Shown: positions 1 through 8,795, counted from the first letter of the stretch. The stretch: 64,000 nucleotides of DNA from Candidatus Obscuribacteraceae bacterium (GCA_044226015.1 JBGAHS010000008.1:416001-480000); one strand, 5' to 3'. Numbers and translations: made by a program. Notes: generated by a model from the letters alone, not told the origin.

Positions 1-2
1 TT

Positions 3-1979
3 AACCACTACGTCGGTCAAGAAAAATTGGTGCCACAAGCATCATGGGCACCAATAGCATTCGGCGGTGACTGGGTGGGTCCACCCAGACTGCAAAACGC
101 CCCTTCATTTCACTACGTTCATTCAGACCAGTGGCGCTATGACCGCTCGTTCAACGAAATGTGCAACGTAGCAGACCCCGGGCACACCATGGCATCAGGT
201 CACACCATTGACAAACAGATAATGGCAGTCCGAAATGGTTGGTTGCCTTGTTATCCACAATTCAATCGAAGCAATTTTGACCTCATTGATGAATCGATCA
301 AAAATGGAGCATCGTCTGATGAGCAGATCATCAACTATACAGTTGATGCATTGAAATCACGCAAACTGAAATTCTCCATGGAAGATCCAAACAATCCGGA
401 GAGCTTCCCCAGACTCTGGTACATCTGGCGTGGCAACGCAATTATGTCATCAGCGAAAGGGCATGAGTACTTTCTCAAGCACTACCTTGGCACGCACAAC
501 AATCTTGTGTCAGAAGAACAGGCACAAGAATTTGTCAAGGAAGTGGTCTGGCACGACAAAGTCGAGTTGGGCAAGATGGACTTGATTGTGGACCTCAACT
601 TCCGCATGGATACATCGGCTCTCTATTCAGACATCGTTCTGCCGGCGGCAACGTATTATGAAAAGCATGATCTTAACTCGACAGACATGCACACGTTCAT
701 ACATCCATTGCAACCGGCTGTGCCACCATGTTGGGAGTCTAAGTCTGATTGGGATATTTTCAAAGCAATATCGCAAAAGACCTCCGAGTTGGCTAAAACT
801 CACATGCCAGAGCCGCGAAAAGATCTTATGGTATCGCCTTTGATGCACGATACACCGGCCGAGTTGGCTCAGCCACACATAAAAGACTGGATGAAAGGCG
901 AGTGCGAGCCCATTCCAGGAAAAACAATGCCCGGCATGAAAGTTGTGACGCGAGACTACACCAAGATTTATGACAAGTTCATTTCGCTTGGTCCAAATTT
1001 CCGCAACAATGGACTTGCCGTACATGGAACACACTATGATGTTGACGATCTTTATGACCAGTATTTGAAAGACCACCCGATTGAAGAATGGGGCGGCAAC
1101 AAATATCCATCATTGAAAGACGCATACAATGCTTGCAACATTATCTTGCATTTCGCCCCTGAAACAAATGGCGAGCTTGCATGTCGTGCCTATCAATCAG
1201 AATCGATAAAAACTGGCATTGATCACAGTCACCTGGCTGAAGATACGCGAAGCGTTCGAATGACCTTCGATGACTTAAAAGCGCAACCGCGCCGTGTTTT
1301 AACCAGCCCCTACTGGACTGGAATTACAGCCAATGGACGCACGTATTCTGCATACTGCCAGAACGTCGAAGAGCTGATTCCGTGGCGCACATTGACTGGA
1401 AGACAAGAAATATACCTTGACCACGAAGCGTACATCGCATACGGCGAAAATCTTCCGACATTCAAACCTCGAGCAGATGTTCATGCATGTTATGACTTGC
1501 AGAACTCGCCGAAAGAAAGTGCGTCGCTGACTCTCAACTATTTGACGCCACATGGAAAATGGCATATTCACTCAACATTCGGTGACACGCTGCGAATGAA
1601 AACGCTTTCTCGTGGCATCGAACCAATCTGGCTCAACGATAAAGATGCAGACATGGTCGGAATCGAAGATAACGACTGGGTCGAAATCTACAATGACCAC
1701 GGAGTTGTTTGCACACGAGCATGTGTTAGCGCACGCATTCCCCGCGGTATCAGCATGATTTATCACTCGCCAGAAAGAACCGCCACAGTTCCAAAATCAA
1801 AACAGCGAGGCGGGAAACGAGCAGGTGGACATAACAGTCTCACTCGCGCTCGACTAAAACCACTGTTTATGATTGGTGGTTATGCTCAATTCACATATGC
1901 GTTCAATTACTGGGGTCCTACTGGAATAAACAGAGACACCTTCGTGATTGTCAAAAAAATGGACAACGTGCAATGGTAG
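3..1979 (+). CDS. narG: Respiratory nitrate reductase alpha subunit, C-terminal part (5'-truncated by the window)
   Basis: Frame is open from nt 3 (NHYVGQEKL, the NarG HYVGQEK motif). Also has [13 protein letters not shown]-like [56 protein letters not shown] and [12 protein letters not shown]. Followed by narH/J/I. Confidence 0.95.
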   Translation, partial: NHYVGQEKLVPQASWAPIAFGGDWVGPPRLQNAPSFHYVHSDQWRYDRSFNEMCNVADPGHTMASGHTIDKQIMAVRNGWLPCYPQFNRSNFDLIDESIKNGASSDEQIINYTVDALKSRKLKFSMEDPNNPESFPRLWYIWRGNAIMSSAKGHEYFLKHYLGTHNNLVSEEQAQEFVKEVVWHDKVELGKMDLIVDLNFRMDTSALYSDIVLPAATYYEKHDLNSTDMHTFIHPLQPAVPPCWESKSDWDIFKAISQKTSELAKTHMPEPRKDLMVSPLMHDTPAELAQPHIKDWMKGECEPIPGKTMPGMKVVTRDYTKIYDKFISLGPNFRNNGLAVHGTHYDVDDLYDQYLKDHPIEEWGGNKYPSLKDAYNACNIILHFAPETNGELACRAYQSESIKTGIDHSHLAEDTRSVRMTFDDLKAQPRRVLTSPYWTGITANGRTYSAYCQNVEELIPWRTLTGRQEIYLDHEAYIAYGENLPTFKPRADVHACYDLQNSPKESASLTLNYLTPHGKWHIHSTFGDTLRMKTLSRGIEPIWLNDKDADMVGIEDNDWVEIYNDHGVVCTRACVSARIPRGISMIYHSPERTATVPKSKQRGGKRAGGHNSLTRARLKPLFMIGGYAQFTYAFNYWGPTGINRDTFVIVKKMDNVQW

Positions 1980-1995
1980 GCCGGAGGAGAATTTA

Positions 1996-3498
1996 ATGGA
2001 TATCCGAGCCCAGGTTTCAATGGTTTTTCACCTCGATAAATGTATCGGGTGTCACACCTGCAGCATCGCCTGCAAGAATGTGTGGACAGACCGCGCTGGT
2101 GCCGAATACATGTGGTGGAACAATGTTGAAACCAAACCAGGTACCGGTTTCCCAACACTATGGGAAGACCAGGAGCATTTCAAAGGTGGCTGGAAAATTG
2201 TAGGCAATAATGGAAAACGCAAGCTTGAATTGCGCTCGCAAGGCAAGCTAGACGCATTCTTGAAACTATTCTACAACCCAAATCAGCCCGGTCTTGATGA
2301 TTACTATGAACCATGGACATACAAATATAGTGATCTGTTTGATGCACCAGAAGGAGACGATCAGCCAACCGCCATTCCGATCTCACAGATCACCGGCGAG
2401 CCCGTCGATATCGTAGCTGGACCCAACTGGGATGACGACCTCTCAGGCTCAACCCTTTACGCAGAGAACGACATAAACCTCGATGCACTTTCAGACGAAG
2501 AGCGAGAACAATTGTTCGAAATTGAGCGCGTCTCGATGATGTATCTTCCGAGAATTTGCAATCACTGTGCAAACCCAAGTTGCGTAGCATCATGTCCTTC
2601 CGGTGCGCTATACAAGCGCGGCGAAGATGGCATCGTTCTTGTCAATCAAGAAATTTGCAAAGGCTGGAGAGCATGTGTAAGCGCCTGCCCTTATAAGAAG
2701 ATCTACTATAACTGGAAAACAGGCAAGTCAGAGAAATGCATTCTCTGTTATCCAAAATTAGAGACAGGTCAAATACCAAATTGCTTCCAGTCTTGTGTCG
2801 GTAGAATTCGTTATCTCGGTGTCTTGCTCTATGATGCTGACCAGATCGCCTCGTCAATGTCAGTTCCAGACGAAGCTCTCGTTGAATCACAAAGAAGTGT
2901 ATTTTGCGACCCTTACGATCCAAAAATCATCAAGCTTGCACGCGCTAACGGCATCAGCGAAGAATTCATCGAAGCTGCACAGAAATCGCCGGTCTACAAA
3001 TATGTAATGAAGTGGAAACTTGCACTTCCTCTGCATATTGAGTATAGAACGATGCCCATGCTCTTCTATGTGCCACCACTTCTTCCAGTAATGGGCAAGC
3101 TTGAGAACGGGCACTACGGCAATGTCATAGATGGTTTCTTCACGAGCCTGGAAAAATCTAGACTGCCAATTAAATACCTGGCGAAGTTATTTAGCGCAGG
3201 CAACACCGAACTTGTTGATGCTGTCATGAAGAAGCTAATGGCTGTGCGCTATTACAAACGCTCTCTCGACATGGGCGATGTTGATGTGGTTTCGATTAAT
3301 CGCATGATGAGAGAAGCCAACCTCACTCCGAAAGAAGCAGAAGAAATTTATGCTCTTACAGCACTTCCGACAGTTGATGAACGCTTTGTTCTGCCACCAC
3401 TTCAGAGGGAAGAGGCTGTCAACGGAACCTGTAATCCAGAAATATGCAAAGGCTCTTGCGGGCTAGGCATGAGCGTAACACCGGAGAGAGGACCATGA
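1996..3498 (+). CDS. narH: Respiratory nitrate reductase beta subunit (4 Fe-S clusters)
   Basis: ATG at 1996 with GGAGGA RBS at 1983-1988. N-terminus MDIRAQVSMVFHLDKCIGCHTCSIACK. Cys motifs CNHCANPSCVASCP, CKGWRACVSACP (3Fe-4S type) and CILCYP..CFQSC. Confidence 0.97.
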   Translation: MDIRAQVSMVFHLDKCIGCHTCSIACKNVWTDRAGAEYMWWNNVETKPGTGFPTLWEDQEHFKGGWKIVGNNGKRKLELRSQGKLDAFLKLFYNPNQPGLDDYYEPWTYKYSDLFDAPEGDDQPTAIPISQITGEPVDIVAGPNWDDDLSGSTLYAENDINLDALSDEEREQLFEIERVSMMYLPRICNHCANPSCVASCPSGALYKRGEDGIVLVNQEICKGWRACVSACPYKKIYYNWKTGKSEKCILCYPKLETGQIPNCFQSCVGRIRYLGVLLYDADQIASSMSVPDEALVESQRSVFCDPYDPKIIKLARANGISEEFIEAAQKSPVYKYVMKWKLALPLHIEYRTMPMLFYVPPLLPVMGKLENGHYGNVIDGFFTSLEKSRLPIKYLAKLFSAGNTELVDAVMKKLMAVRYYKRSLDMGDVDVVSINRMMREANLTPKEAEEIYALTALPTVDERFVLPPLQREEAVNGTCNPEICKGSCGLGMSVTPERGP

Positions 3499-4037
3499 GC
3501 ACCAAAATCAAATTGAGCCTGTCTGAAAAAATGCGTGCACTGTCAGCGGTGCTGGAATACCCTCGTGAAGACTTCATTGTCCAGCTCGATGCAGCAGCCG
3601 AAGCTGTACACGACAACCAGCAAGCCAGCCTACTTTTGTCAGAATTCAGGTCAGCGATAAATAAACTTAAGCCGCATGAATTGGAAGAGCTTTACACAAG
3701 AACTTTCGACCTGGCGCCAATTTGCATTCCATATGTGAGCAGTCATATTTACGGGGATGAGAACTTCGAAAGAGGCGCTCTCATGAGCGGCTTGCAGCAA
3801 CAATATGAAGATTGCAAGTTCAGCACCAATGGTGAACTGCCCGACCATGTGGCAATTATCTTGCGCTTTGCTCCGAATTTCTCAGAAGAAGAGTTGCAAG
3901 ACCTTATGGAATTCTGTCTGATTCAGGCTTTGCAGCGTATGCACGAAGCGCTGAAAGAAGCGGACAATCCCTATCAACACATTCTACAAACAGTACTACA
4001 AATCACTGAGTCAGAACGGCGAGGAAAAATACTATGA
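3495..4037 (+). CDS. narJ: Nitrate reductase molybdenum-cofactor assembly chaperone
   Basis: ATGA overlap with the narH stop. Motifs LEYP, LEELYTRTFD, ERGALM and GELPDH. Confidence 0.93.
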   Translation: MSTKIKLSLSEKMRALSAVLEYPREDFIVQLDAAAEAVHDNQQASLLLSEFRSAINKLKPHELEELYTRTFDLAPICIPYVSSHIYGDENFERGALMSGLQQQYEDCKFSTNGELPDHVAIILRFAPNFSEEELQDLMEFCLIQALQRMHEALKEADNPYQHILQTVLQITESERRGKIL

Positions 4038-5350
4038 CGGACACAATGTTCTTTATTGCATTGCCTTATCTGTCAATTTTTGTTTGTGTAGTTGGCAGCA
4101 TTCTGAGAATGCGAAGCTTACCGATGACGTACTCCTCACTTTCGTCGCAGTTCCTTGAAAGCAAGGCTCTGGTTTGGGGCTCAGTTCCCTGGCATATTGG
4201 TATCATAGGAATTGTGCTGGCACACTTTGTTGCATTCCTTTGCCCAGGGTTCTGGCAAATGTTGGTGGCACACGCGGTCGTAATGAAATCGATTGAGGCA
4301 ATTGGACTAACGTGCGCAATATGCTGTTTTGTCGGTCTCATCGTACTAGCAGTGCGTCGCATAAGTTCAGATCGCGTTCAAGCAGTAACAAGCCCGGTCG
4401 ATCTGCTAGTACTGCTTTTGCTTACGGTGCAAGTGGTGCTCGGCATCGCAGTTGCACTCTTACACCGATGGGGCTCAGCCTGGGCTGTTGGAACGGCAGT
4501 TCCCTACCTCTGGAGCTTGTGCCTCTTGCACCCGGACGTTAGCTATATTGCAGACCTGCCCTTGCTTGTAAAAGCACACATAGTGTTTGCCTGGCTGTTG
4601 ATCTTCCTGGTGCCATTCTCTCGCCTGATCCACATGTTCGCAGTGCCGCTGCAATACATTACGAGACCACCACAAAATGTTATCTGGAATAATTCCCGAC
4701 GCTCTGAAGCTGCAGCTGAGCAGTTTACAACGGAAGAGGCTAGACGAGATTTTCTCAAAGGTGGGGTTGGTATCACAGCAGGAACATTGCTTCTAACAGC
4801 TGGGGCTCTAGATAAAATGTTCGCGTTCTTCTTTGGTCCTCGCTTGAGTAAAACTGAGGAAGAAACGCTGATGGCAGAAAAAATCAAGCGCCTTGGCTCA
4901 GACACAGAGCAGCGTCGTCTTGAGTTAGAGAGACAGAGCAGTAAGTTCATTCTAGTTGCAGCAATGAGCGAACTGAGTAAGTCCGAAGGCAAATACTTCA
5001 TTGATTACGCGATGAACCCGGCATTAGCCTTTGCTGGCGAAGACGGAATGCCCATACTCATTTCAGCAAAATGTACTCACCTTGGTTGCACAGTCGGAAA
5101 TCAATTGAATAAGGAAGGCAAAATTCTCTGCCCATGCCATGTTTCCTTCTTCGACATTAAGACTGGCGAACCCAATGCAGATGCCCCAGCGAAAACACCG
5201 CTACCATTCTTGTGCTGGTCGATTATGGACAAGATTGGAAACATGGTCGCCAGCCGTGATGAGAAGGGTCAAATTAAAGGTGATACCAGCGCTGATGCAA
5301 TCAAAGACTGCAATCTCTATGTTTGTAAAAGCGAAGAGGTGAAGGCATGA
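4034..5350 (+). CDS. narI: Fusion protein: NarI (diheme cytochrome b gamma subunit) + twin-arginine TM anchor + Rieske [2Fe-2S] domain
   Basis: Residues ~1-220 are NarI (SSLSSQFLE, PWHIGIIGIVLAHF, KAHIVF..PFSRLIHMF; four heme His). RRDFLK at aa 237-242 is followed by a hydrophobic helix. Rieske boxes CTHLGC (nt 5072-5089) and CPCHVSFFD (nt 5129-5155). One uninterrupted frame with ATGA overlaps at both ends. Confidence 0.92.
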   Translation: MTDTMFFIALPYLSIFVCVVGSILRMRSLPMTYSSLSSQFLESKALVWGSVPWHIGIIGIVLAHFVAFLCPGFWQMLVAHAVVMKSIEAIGLTCAICCFVGLIVLAVRRISSDRVQAVTSPVDLLVLLLLTVQVVLGIAVALLHRWGSAWAVGTAVPYLWSLCLLHPDVSYIADLPLLVKAHIVFAWLLIFLVPFSRLIHMFAVPLQYITRPPQNVIWNNSRRSEAAAEQFTTEEARRDFLKGGVGITAGTLLLTAGALDKMFAFFFGPRLSKTEEETLMAEKIKRLGSDTEQRRLELERQSSKFILVAAMSELSKSEGKYFIDYAMNPALAFAGEDGMPILISAKCTHLGCTVGNQLNKEGKILCPCHVSFFDIKTGEPNADAPAKTPLPFLCWSIMDKIGNMVASRDEKGQIKGDTSADAIKDCNLYVCKSEEVKA

Positions 5351-6453
5351 ACTCAAGTTCCTCAAACCAAATCAGTAAATTTGGCGAGTTTCTCGCTTCA
5401 AGATTTCCAGTAGAAAAAATGGACTTCCACCACATGGTGGCGCAAAAAGAAGTACCTGTCCACAAAATGACATGGGGCTACTACACTGGTGGATTGACAC
5501 TGTTCTTTCTGGTAATTCAGGTAATTACAGGGCTCTTGCTTTTGTTTTACTACCAGCCTACGACCGCTTTCGCGCATCTGTCTGTTGAATACATAACGAA
5601 GCACGTTGCCGGTGGTGCGCTTATAAGAAATATGCATACATGGTCTGCCTCAGCCATGATATTTTTTGCAATGGTGCATTTGCTCACAGCTTTTGCGATG
5701 AAATCTTTTGAGAAACCCAGAGAGATAACATGGATAGTTGGGGTTCTCTTACTCTTCATAACATTCGTTTTCGGCTTTACAGGTTACCTCCTTCCATGGA
5801 ATCAGATCGCGGTAAATGCGACCAAGGTTGGACTGCAGTCAGTGGAAGAAGTGGGCAATTATCTACCGGGCGTGGTGTCTCAATTACCACATATTTTCCG
5901 AGAAACTTTCCAGGGTGAAGCGAGTGTTGGACAGTCAACTCTGGGACGATTCTATGCCATGCACGTAGTGCTACTTCCGCTCGCGCTCTTCGGCTTGTTG
6001 GGCATACATCTGCTTTCTGTACAGCTGCACGGAATGAGCAAAGGCGTCGATGAACCAGGCAAGAGAACCGAAAGATTCTTTCCATTTTTCGTCTTCAAAG
6101 ACCTTTCATTGTGGGCAGCCATCTTCTTAATTCTGCTCACCCTTTCATGGTGCATTCCATTTGACTCATTCCTGCCGTTCCCACTTCTAGAGCCTTACAA
6201 TGCACTGGGCTCAACCCCACAGGGTATCAAACCAGAATGGTATTTCTTCTTCCTGTATTACCCTCTGGAAATGCTGCCCTTCTGGTTGATATTGCTTCTC
6301 ACAAATGCCGCTGTAATCGTGCTTCTTCTCGCTCCGTGGATCTTCAAGGGCACAAGCAGAACAACATTACGCTGGATAACAGTTGCCGCAAGCGCCTACT
6401 TAGTGATCATGACGCTATTCGGCGAGCAAATTTATCACCTCGTTAAACATTGA
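5347..6453 (+). CDS. Cytochrome b subunit of a Rieske/cytochrome b (bc-type) complex, unsplit
   Basis: QVITGLLLLFYYQP; RNMHTWSASAMIFFAMVH (His97/His111); WIVGV; FTGYLLPWNQ; RFYAMHVVLLP..GIH (His206/His221); IKPEWYF Qo motif at aa 296. Confidence 0.95.
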   Translation: MNSSSSNQISKFGEFLASRFPVEKMDFHHMVAQKEVPVHKMTWGYYTGGLTLFFLVIQVITGLLLLFYYQPTTAFAHLSVEYITKHVAGGALIRNMHTWSASAMIFFAMVHLLTAFAMKSFEKPREITWIVGVLLLFITFVFGFTGYLLPWNQIAVNATKVGLQSVEEVGNYLPGVVSQLPHIFRETFQGEASVGQSTLGRFYAMHVVLLPLALFGLLGIHLLSVQLHGMSKGVDEPGKRTERFFPFFVFKDLSLWAAIFLILLTLSWCIPFDSFLPFPLLEPYNALGSTPQGIKPEWYFFFLYYPLEMLPFWLILLLTNAAVIVLLLAPWIFKGTSRTTLRWITVAASAYLVIMTLFGEQIYHLVKH

Positions 6454-6466
6454 GCGGAGCCAGGAA

Positions 6467-7099
6467 ATGAAAACGCGTAGACTTAGCCAAATACAAAAAC
6501 TCCAGGTTTATGGCGCACTGGCCACAGTAGCAGTTCTGGCATTCGCAGCAAAAGTAAATGCATATCCTGAGTTCCAACAATTCGTTGAAACTCACTCGGG
6601 AAAATCAGTTAACTGCGCGCTATGCCACCAGAATGGAAATGGTCCATCAGGAAAAGAAGAGGGACAAGTAGGGTCGCTCAATGAAAAAGAACTTGCTGCA
6701 TTGAATTCAGCAAGAGGCGCCATAGAACCCGGAATGTTGAAGGCGGACAGCCCTATCCTTAACAAGTTTGGCAACAGCATAATGAGGTCGATTGGCAAGA
6801 AGAAATTTCTTGAGCTGCGAGAAAAGCCTGAACAGCTTGCTGAAGTTCTAGATAAAAAAAGCGATATCGATGAAGACGGAATTCCGGACGGACAAGAATA
6901 TCTAGACGGAACTGACCCAAGCAACAAAAATCATGGTGATCCGTTGAAGCTCTTTGCAGTGAACATCGACAGATACAAATCTCACCTGATTCTTGCGGGA
7001 CTGGCTGTCGTTTTTCTTGATTGGGGATTCGCCCACTTAATCATGGGATTCTATCGCAAGTCGCAAGCGAAAAAGCTAAAGCGCGGCGAAACGACATGA
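6467..7099 (+). CDS. Membrane-anchored monoheme c-type cytochrome with an acidic Ca-binding-like motif
   Basis: Signal-like N-terminus ending VNA-YPEF, single CALCH (nt 6614-6628), DIDEDGIPDGQEYLDGTDP, and a C-terminal TM helix with basic tail. GGAG RBS; starts 13 nt after cytochrome b. Confidence 0.8.
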   Translation: MKTRRLSQIQKLQVYGALATVAVLAFAAKVNAYPEFQQFVETHSGKSVNCALCHQNGNGPSGKEEGQVGSLNEKELAALNSARGAIEPGMLKADSPILNKFGNSIMRSIGKKKFLELREKPEQLAEVLDKKSDIDEDGIPDGQEYLDGTDPSNKNHGDPLKLFAVNIDRYKSHLILAGLAVVFLDWGFAHLIMGFYRKSQAKKLKRGETT

Positions 7100-7171
7100 G
7101 GAGCCGATCTTGCAAAAAAAACAAGAGCTCGTTGAGTCCAGCCTTACTCGACAAATTCAGTGAGTCCAAAT

Positions 7172-7633
7172 TTAGTGACGTGCGCCAGGACGTCCACCGG
7201 GTTTGCTATCAGCTAATGGAATGCTTGAACAAAGTGGTGCCTTTGACTCCTGTACAAGTTCTGCCAGCGTTGAACTGGCAAAGGCAAGCTCAACTGCCGC
7301 CGTTGCTTCAGAAAGCCGTTTATGCAGTGGACACAAATTCATTCCGTGCGTTTCAAGTCCTAGAGGGCAAACGTCGATGCGTTTAATTGGGTCAACCGCG
7401 TTCACGATGTCGAGAACCGTTATTTCTTCTACTGGTCGTGACAAAACGAAGCCACCACCGATTCCTCTCTGCGAAATAACCAAATGTGAACGACCCAATT
7501 GCTGGAGGATTTTGCTCAAGTAGTGAACGGATACTTTGGTTGTTTCTGCTATTTGTTCAGCTGTAGCAGCCGAGCCGCGCATGGCTAGGAACACCATGGC
7601 TCTCAATGCATACTCAGCAGTTTGCGATATCAT
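7172..7633 (-). CDS. Rrf2-family transcriptional regulator
   Basis: MISQTAEYALRAMVFLA, YLSKILQQL, SQRGIGGGFVL, ITVLDIVNAVDP, and C-terminal cysteines CPLG..LCPLH..PLC. Confidence 0.95.
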   Translation of the reverse strand: MISQTAEYALRAMVFLAMRGSAATAEQIAETTKVSVHYLSKILQQLGRSHLVISQRGIGGGFVLSRPVEEITVLDIVNAVDPIKRIDVCPLGLETHGMNLCPLHKRLSEATAAVELAFASSTLAELVQESKAPLCSSIPLADSKPGGRPGARH

Positions 7634-7718
7634 CTTTTGCCTCTTTCAACACTTTCAATACATAAATAACAGATCCTTACCGTTTGCACAATTGACCAAG
7701 AGACTGAAAAGTTAATAG

Positions 7719-8795
7719 TCAGTAAGGCTGAACACTGTCTTGAAAAAGGCACAAATTGTCTTGAGAAAGATAGTCTCCTGATTCGGCAAAAGCACGAGCA
7801 CGCGAACCACCGCAAATCGCCTTGTAGCGGCATGTTCCGCACTTACCACGCAAAAGCGAAGGGTTCCGCAAATCTTTGAATAATTGCGATTCACGATATA
7901 TTTCCACAAGGCTTTGATCCCTCAAATTGCCTGCTGGGAGAGGGAGAAAGCCACTTGGACAAATATCTCCAGTATGAGAGATGAACAAAGTTCCTTTGCC
8001 ATCATTTACAGACTGATAGGAACGTAGTGCACCAAGTCGCATCTGGGGGCTCAGATCATCGAGATTATGATTAGATTGAGCCGAAAAAATGGTCTCTAGT
8101 AGAACTCTGCGAAACTGTGGAGCCGCAGTAGCTTTAACATCAAAGCTGGATGATACCGATAGTTCAGCCATCTTTTTCAAAACTTCTTCCGCTTGAGTGG
8201 CAGTGATTTGCATCTCTTGATGCGCTCTACCAGTAGGCACAACAAAGAACAAGCTCCACAAAACGGCAGCATTGAGTTCACTCACAAAGAAATGCATGTT
8301 GTCAAAATAATCAATGTTGTGTTTGCTTATGCTTGTGTTTATTTGGACTGGAATACCAAATTCTTTAGCCCACGAAATTATGTCCAAAGTTCGTGCAAAA
8401 CTTCCATCAATACGCCTGAACGCATCATGCAACTGAGCCGTGTGCCCGTCCATACTGATTGCGAGACGCTCGATTCCAGCCTCTGCCAACCTCAAGACAA
8501 CCTGTTCGGTAACTTTCGGCGTCGCACTTGGAGTGATGGCAACTTTGAAATTACGGCGCTTACATTCTTGAATTATTTCAAACAGATCTGGACGCTCAAG
8601 AGGATCGCCCCCAGTCAAAATTATTAGCGGATTATCAAATTCTTGAAGTTGATTCAACACCTGCTCTATCTCTTCGGTGCTCAATTCCTGAGCGGCCCGC
8701 CGCCTCTGTGCGCGCGCACGGCAGTGCTGACAAGCCAATCCGCAAGCCCTGGTCAATTCCCACAGAACTATGTAAGGGGATTGATCAAAACTCAT
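7719..8795 (-). CDS. Radical SAM/SPASM protein (AhbD/NirJ-like heme-related family)
   Basis: WELTRACGLACQHCRA (CxxxCxxC), LTGGDPL, SPASM-like GDICPSGFL and CGTCRYKAICGGSRARA..C. Start set at the ATG of MSFDQSP; the upstream TTG at 8891 is possible. Confidence 0.88.
   Translation of the reverse strand: MSFDQSPYIVLWELTRACGLACQHCRARAQRRRAAQELSTEEIEQVLNQLQEFDNPLIILTGGDPLERPDLFEIIQECKRRNFKVAITPSATPKVTEQVVLRLAEAGIERLAISMDGHTAQLHDAFRRIDGSFARTLDIISWAKEFGIPVQINTSISKHNIDYFDNMHFFVSELNAAVLWSLFFVVPTGRAHQEMQITATQAEEVLKKMAELSVSSSFDVKATAAPQFRRVLLETIFSAQSNHNLDDLSPQMRLGALRSYQSVNDGKGTLFISHTGDICPSGFLPLPAGNLRDQSLVEIYRESQLFKDLRNPSLLRGKCGTCRYKAICGGSRARAFAESGDYLSQDNLCLFQDSVQPY

Noticed and set aside
1948..1995. Longer ORF-track starts (narH 1948; likewise 3444, 16387, 23401, 27766, 28976, 50997)
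   Set aside because: Downstream ATGs have better RBS or ATGA coupling and match family N-termini; several of the extensions overlap upstream genes.
3..3498. Calling the enzyme nitrite oxidoreductase (NxrAB) or a periplasmic Nar
   Set aside because: The NarG N-terminus is outside the window, and narJ, narI and two narK genes favour a cytoplasm-facing Nar. Direction cannot be settled from sequence, so it is left open.
5347..6453. Photosynthetic cytochrome b6 (petB/petD)
   Set aside because: Unsplit, lacks the heme ci Cys, and sits in a nar operon with no photosynthesis genes.
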